64,000 bases of DNA from Dehalococcoidia bacterium (GTDB taxonomy: Bacteria; Chloroflexota; Dehalococcoidia; DSTF01; WHTK01). Shown piece after piece: positions 63,730 through 64,000 of this stretch (the first letter of the stretch is position 1; every line of letters starts with the position of its first letter). The notes beneath the pieces were generated by a model, which was not told where the DNA came from, made no database searches, and saw only the letters and a list, made by a program, of their open reading frames with translations. The translations under genes and the position numbers were made by a program. The stretch covers positions 426,496 through 490,495 of the forward strand of contig CBDDBP010000007.1 of the NCBI GenBank assembly GCA_965225815.1. The letters run 5' to 3'.

Positions 63730-64000
63730 CGCCCTGAATGCTCTGAGAAGAAGCGCCAGGCGATCTCTGTGGCGCTGATCGACTGCGTCGTGCTGCCGAG
63801 CACGGCGACGTTGCGGCTGGCGCCGGGCCAGGTGTGACCGCCACCCTCGATGACGTAGAGCTGGACGTCGGCGCCCTCAGCGCAGCCGCCGTAAAACTCA
63901 AGGACGACGTCTGAGGCGATGCGCTGCGTTTGCAGCGTGAGGTTGCAGCCGTTGTGCTCGGCCCAGCCGCGCATGTTGTCGCGTGTTGCGGTGACGGGCA
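63726..64000 (-). CDS. Esterase / PHB-depolymerase (LpqC-like) family protein; N-terminus lies beyond the window end
   Basis: C-terminal motif YVIEGGGHTWPG. The frame stays open to nt 64000. Confidence 0.55.
   Translation of the reverse strand, partial: PVTATRDNMRGWAEHNGCNLTLQTQRIASDVVLEFYGGCAEGADVQLYVIEGGGHTWPGASRNVAVLGSTTQSISATEIAWRFFSEHSGR

Overview
High-GC (about 65%) bacterial chromosomal segment with no mobile elements, CRISPR arrays or phage genes. Content is consistent with a Chloroflexota-like or other high-GC Terrabacteria organism (T-box on thrS, SufR-controlled suf operon, SipW-type signal peptidase), but the taxon is not determinable from sequence alone. The window is densely coding with mostly housekeeping and metabolic genes: a 5'-truncated GT39/83-like and a GT2 glycosyltransferase pair; a methyltransferase/TauD dioxygenase/SDR/YciI tailoring-like set; a hyuA-hyuB-racemase hydantoinase operon; an S9 peptidase; an MFS transporter; rsmI; a GuaB-like IMPDH-family protein; nfo; an amidase, LysR regulator and ferredoxin; fumC; fabF; thyX with a NrdH-like redoxin; a complete sufR-sufCBD-Rieske-sufS-sufU-sufT operon; gltBD; DedA; accC-accB; thrS with a T-box leader; tRNA-Val(GAC); a ChlI-like AAA+ ATPase with a vWA-domain partner; nitronate monooxygenase; miaB; DinB-like, GNAT and NrtR-like Nudix proteins. 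The most striking feature is an unusual density of decayed genes, seven or more in 64 kb: a frameshifted SDR, a fused junction of two 5'-truncated divergent genes (ABC substrate-binding protein and Rieske oxygenase), an AurF-like diiron oxygenase split by an in-frame TAA, an MFS N-terminal stub, a purD C-terminal remnant, an MBL-fold hydrolase with an internal deletion, and a K+ channel with a deleted RCK domain and a frameshift. The best candidates for an uncharacterised system are the SH3b/CARDB membrane protein, ChlI-like ATPase and vWA protein gene trio, and a tightly packed PEP-utilising-domain protein, A24 peptidase, ThyX with a Cys-rich tail and NrdH-like redoxin set. All calls rest on motifs and architecture read directly from the translations; no database searches were run.
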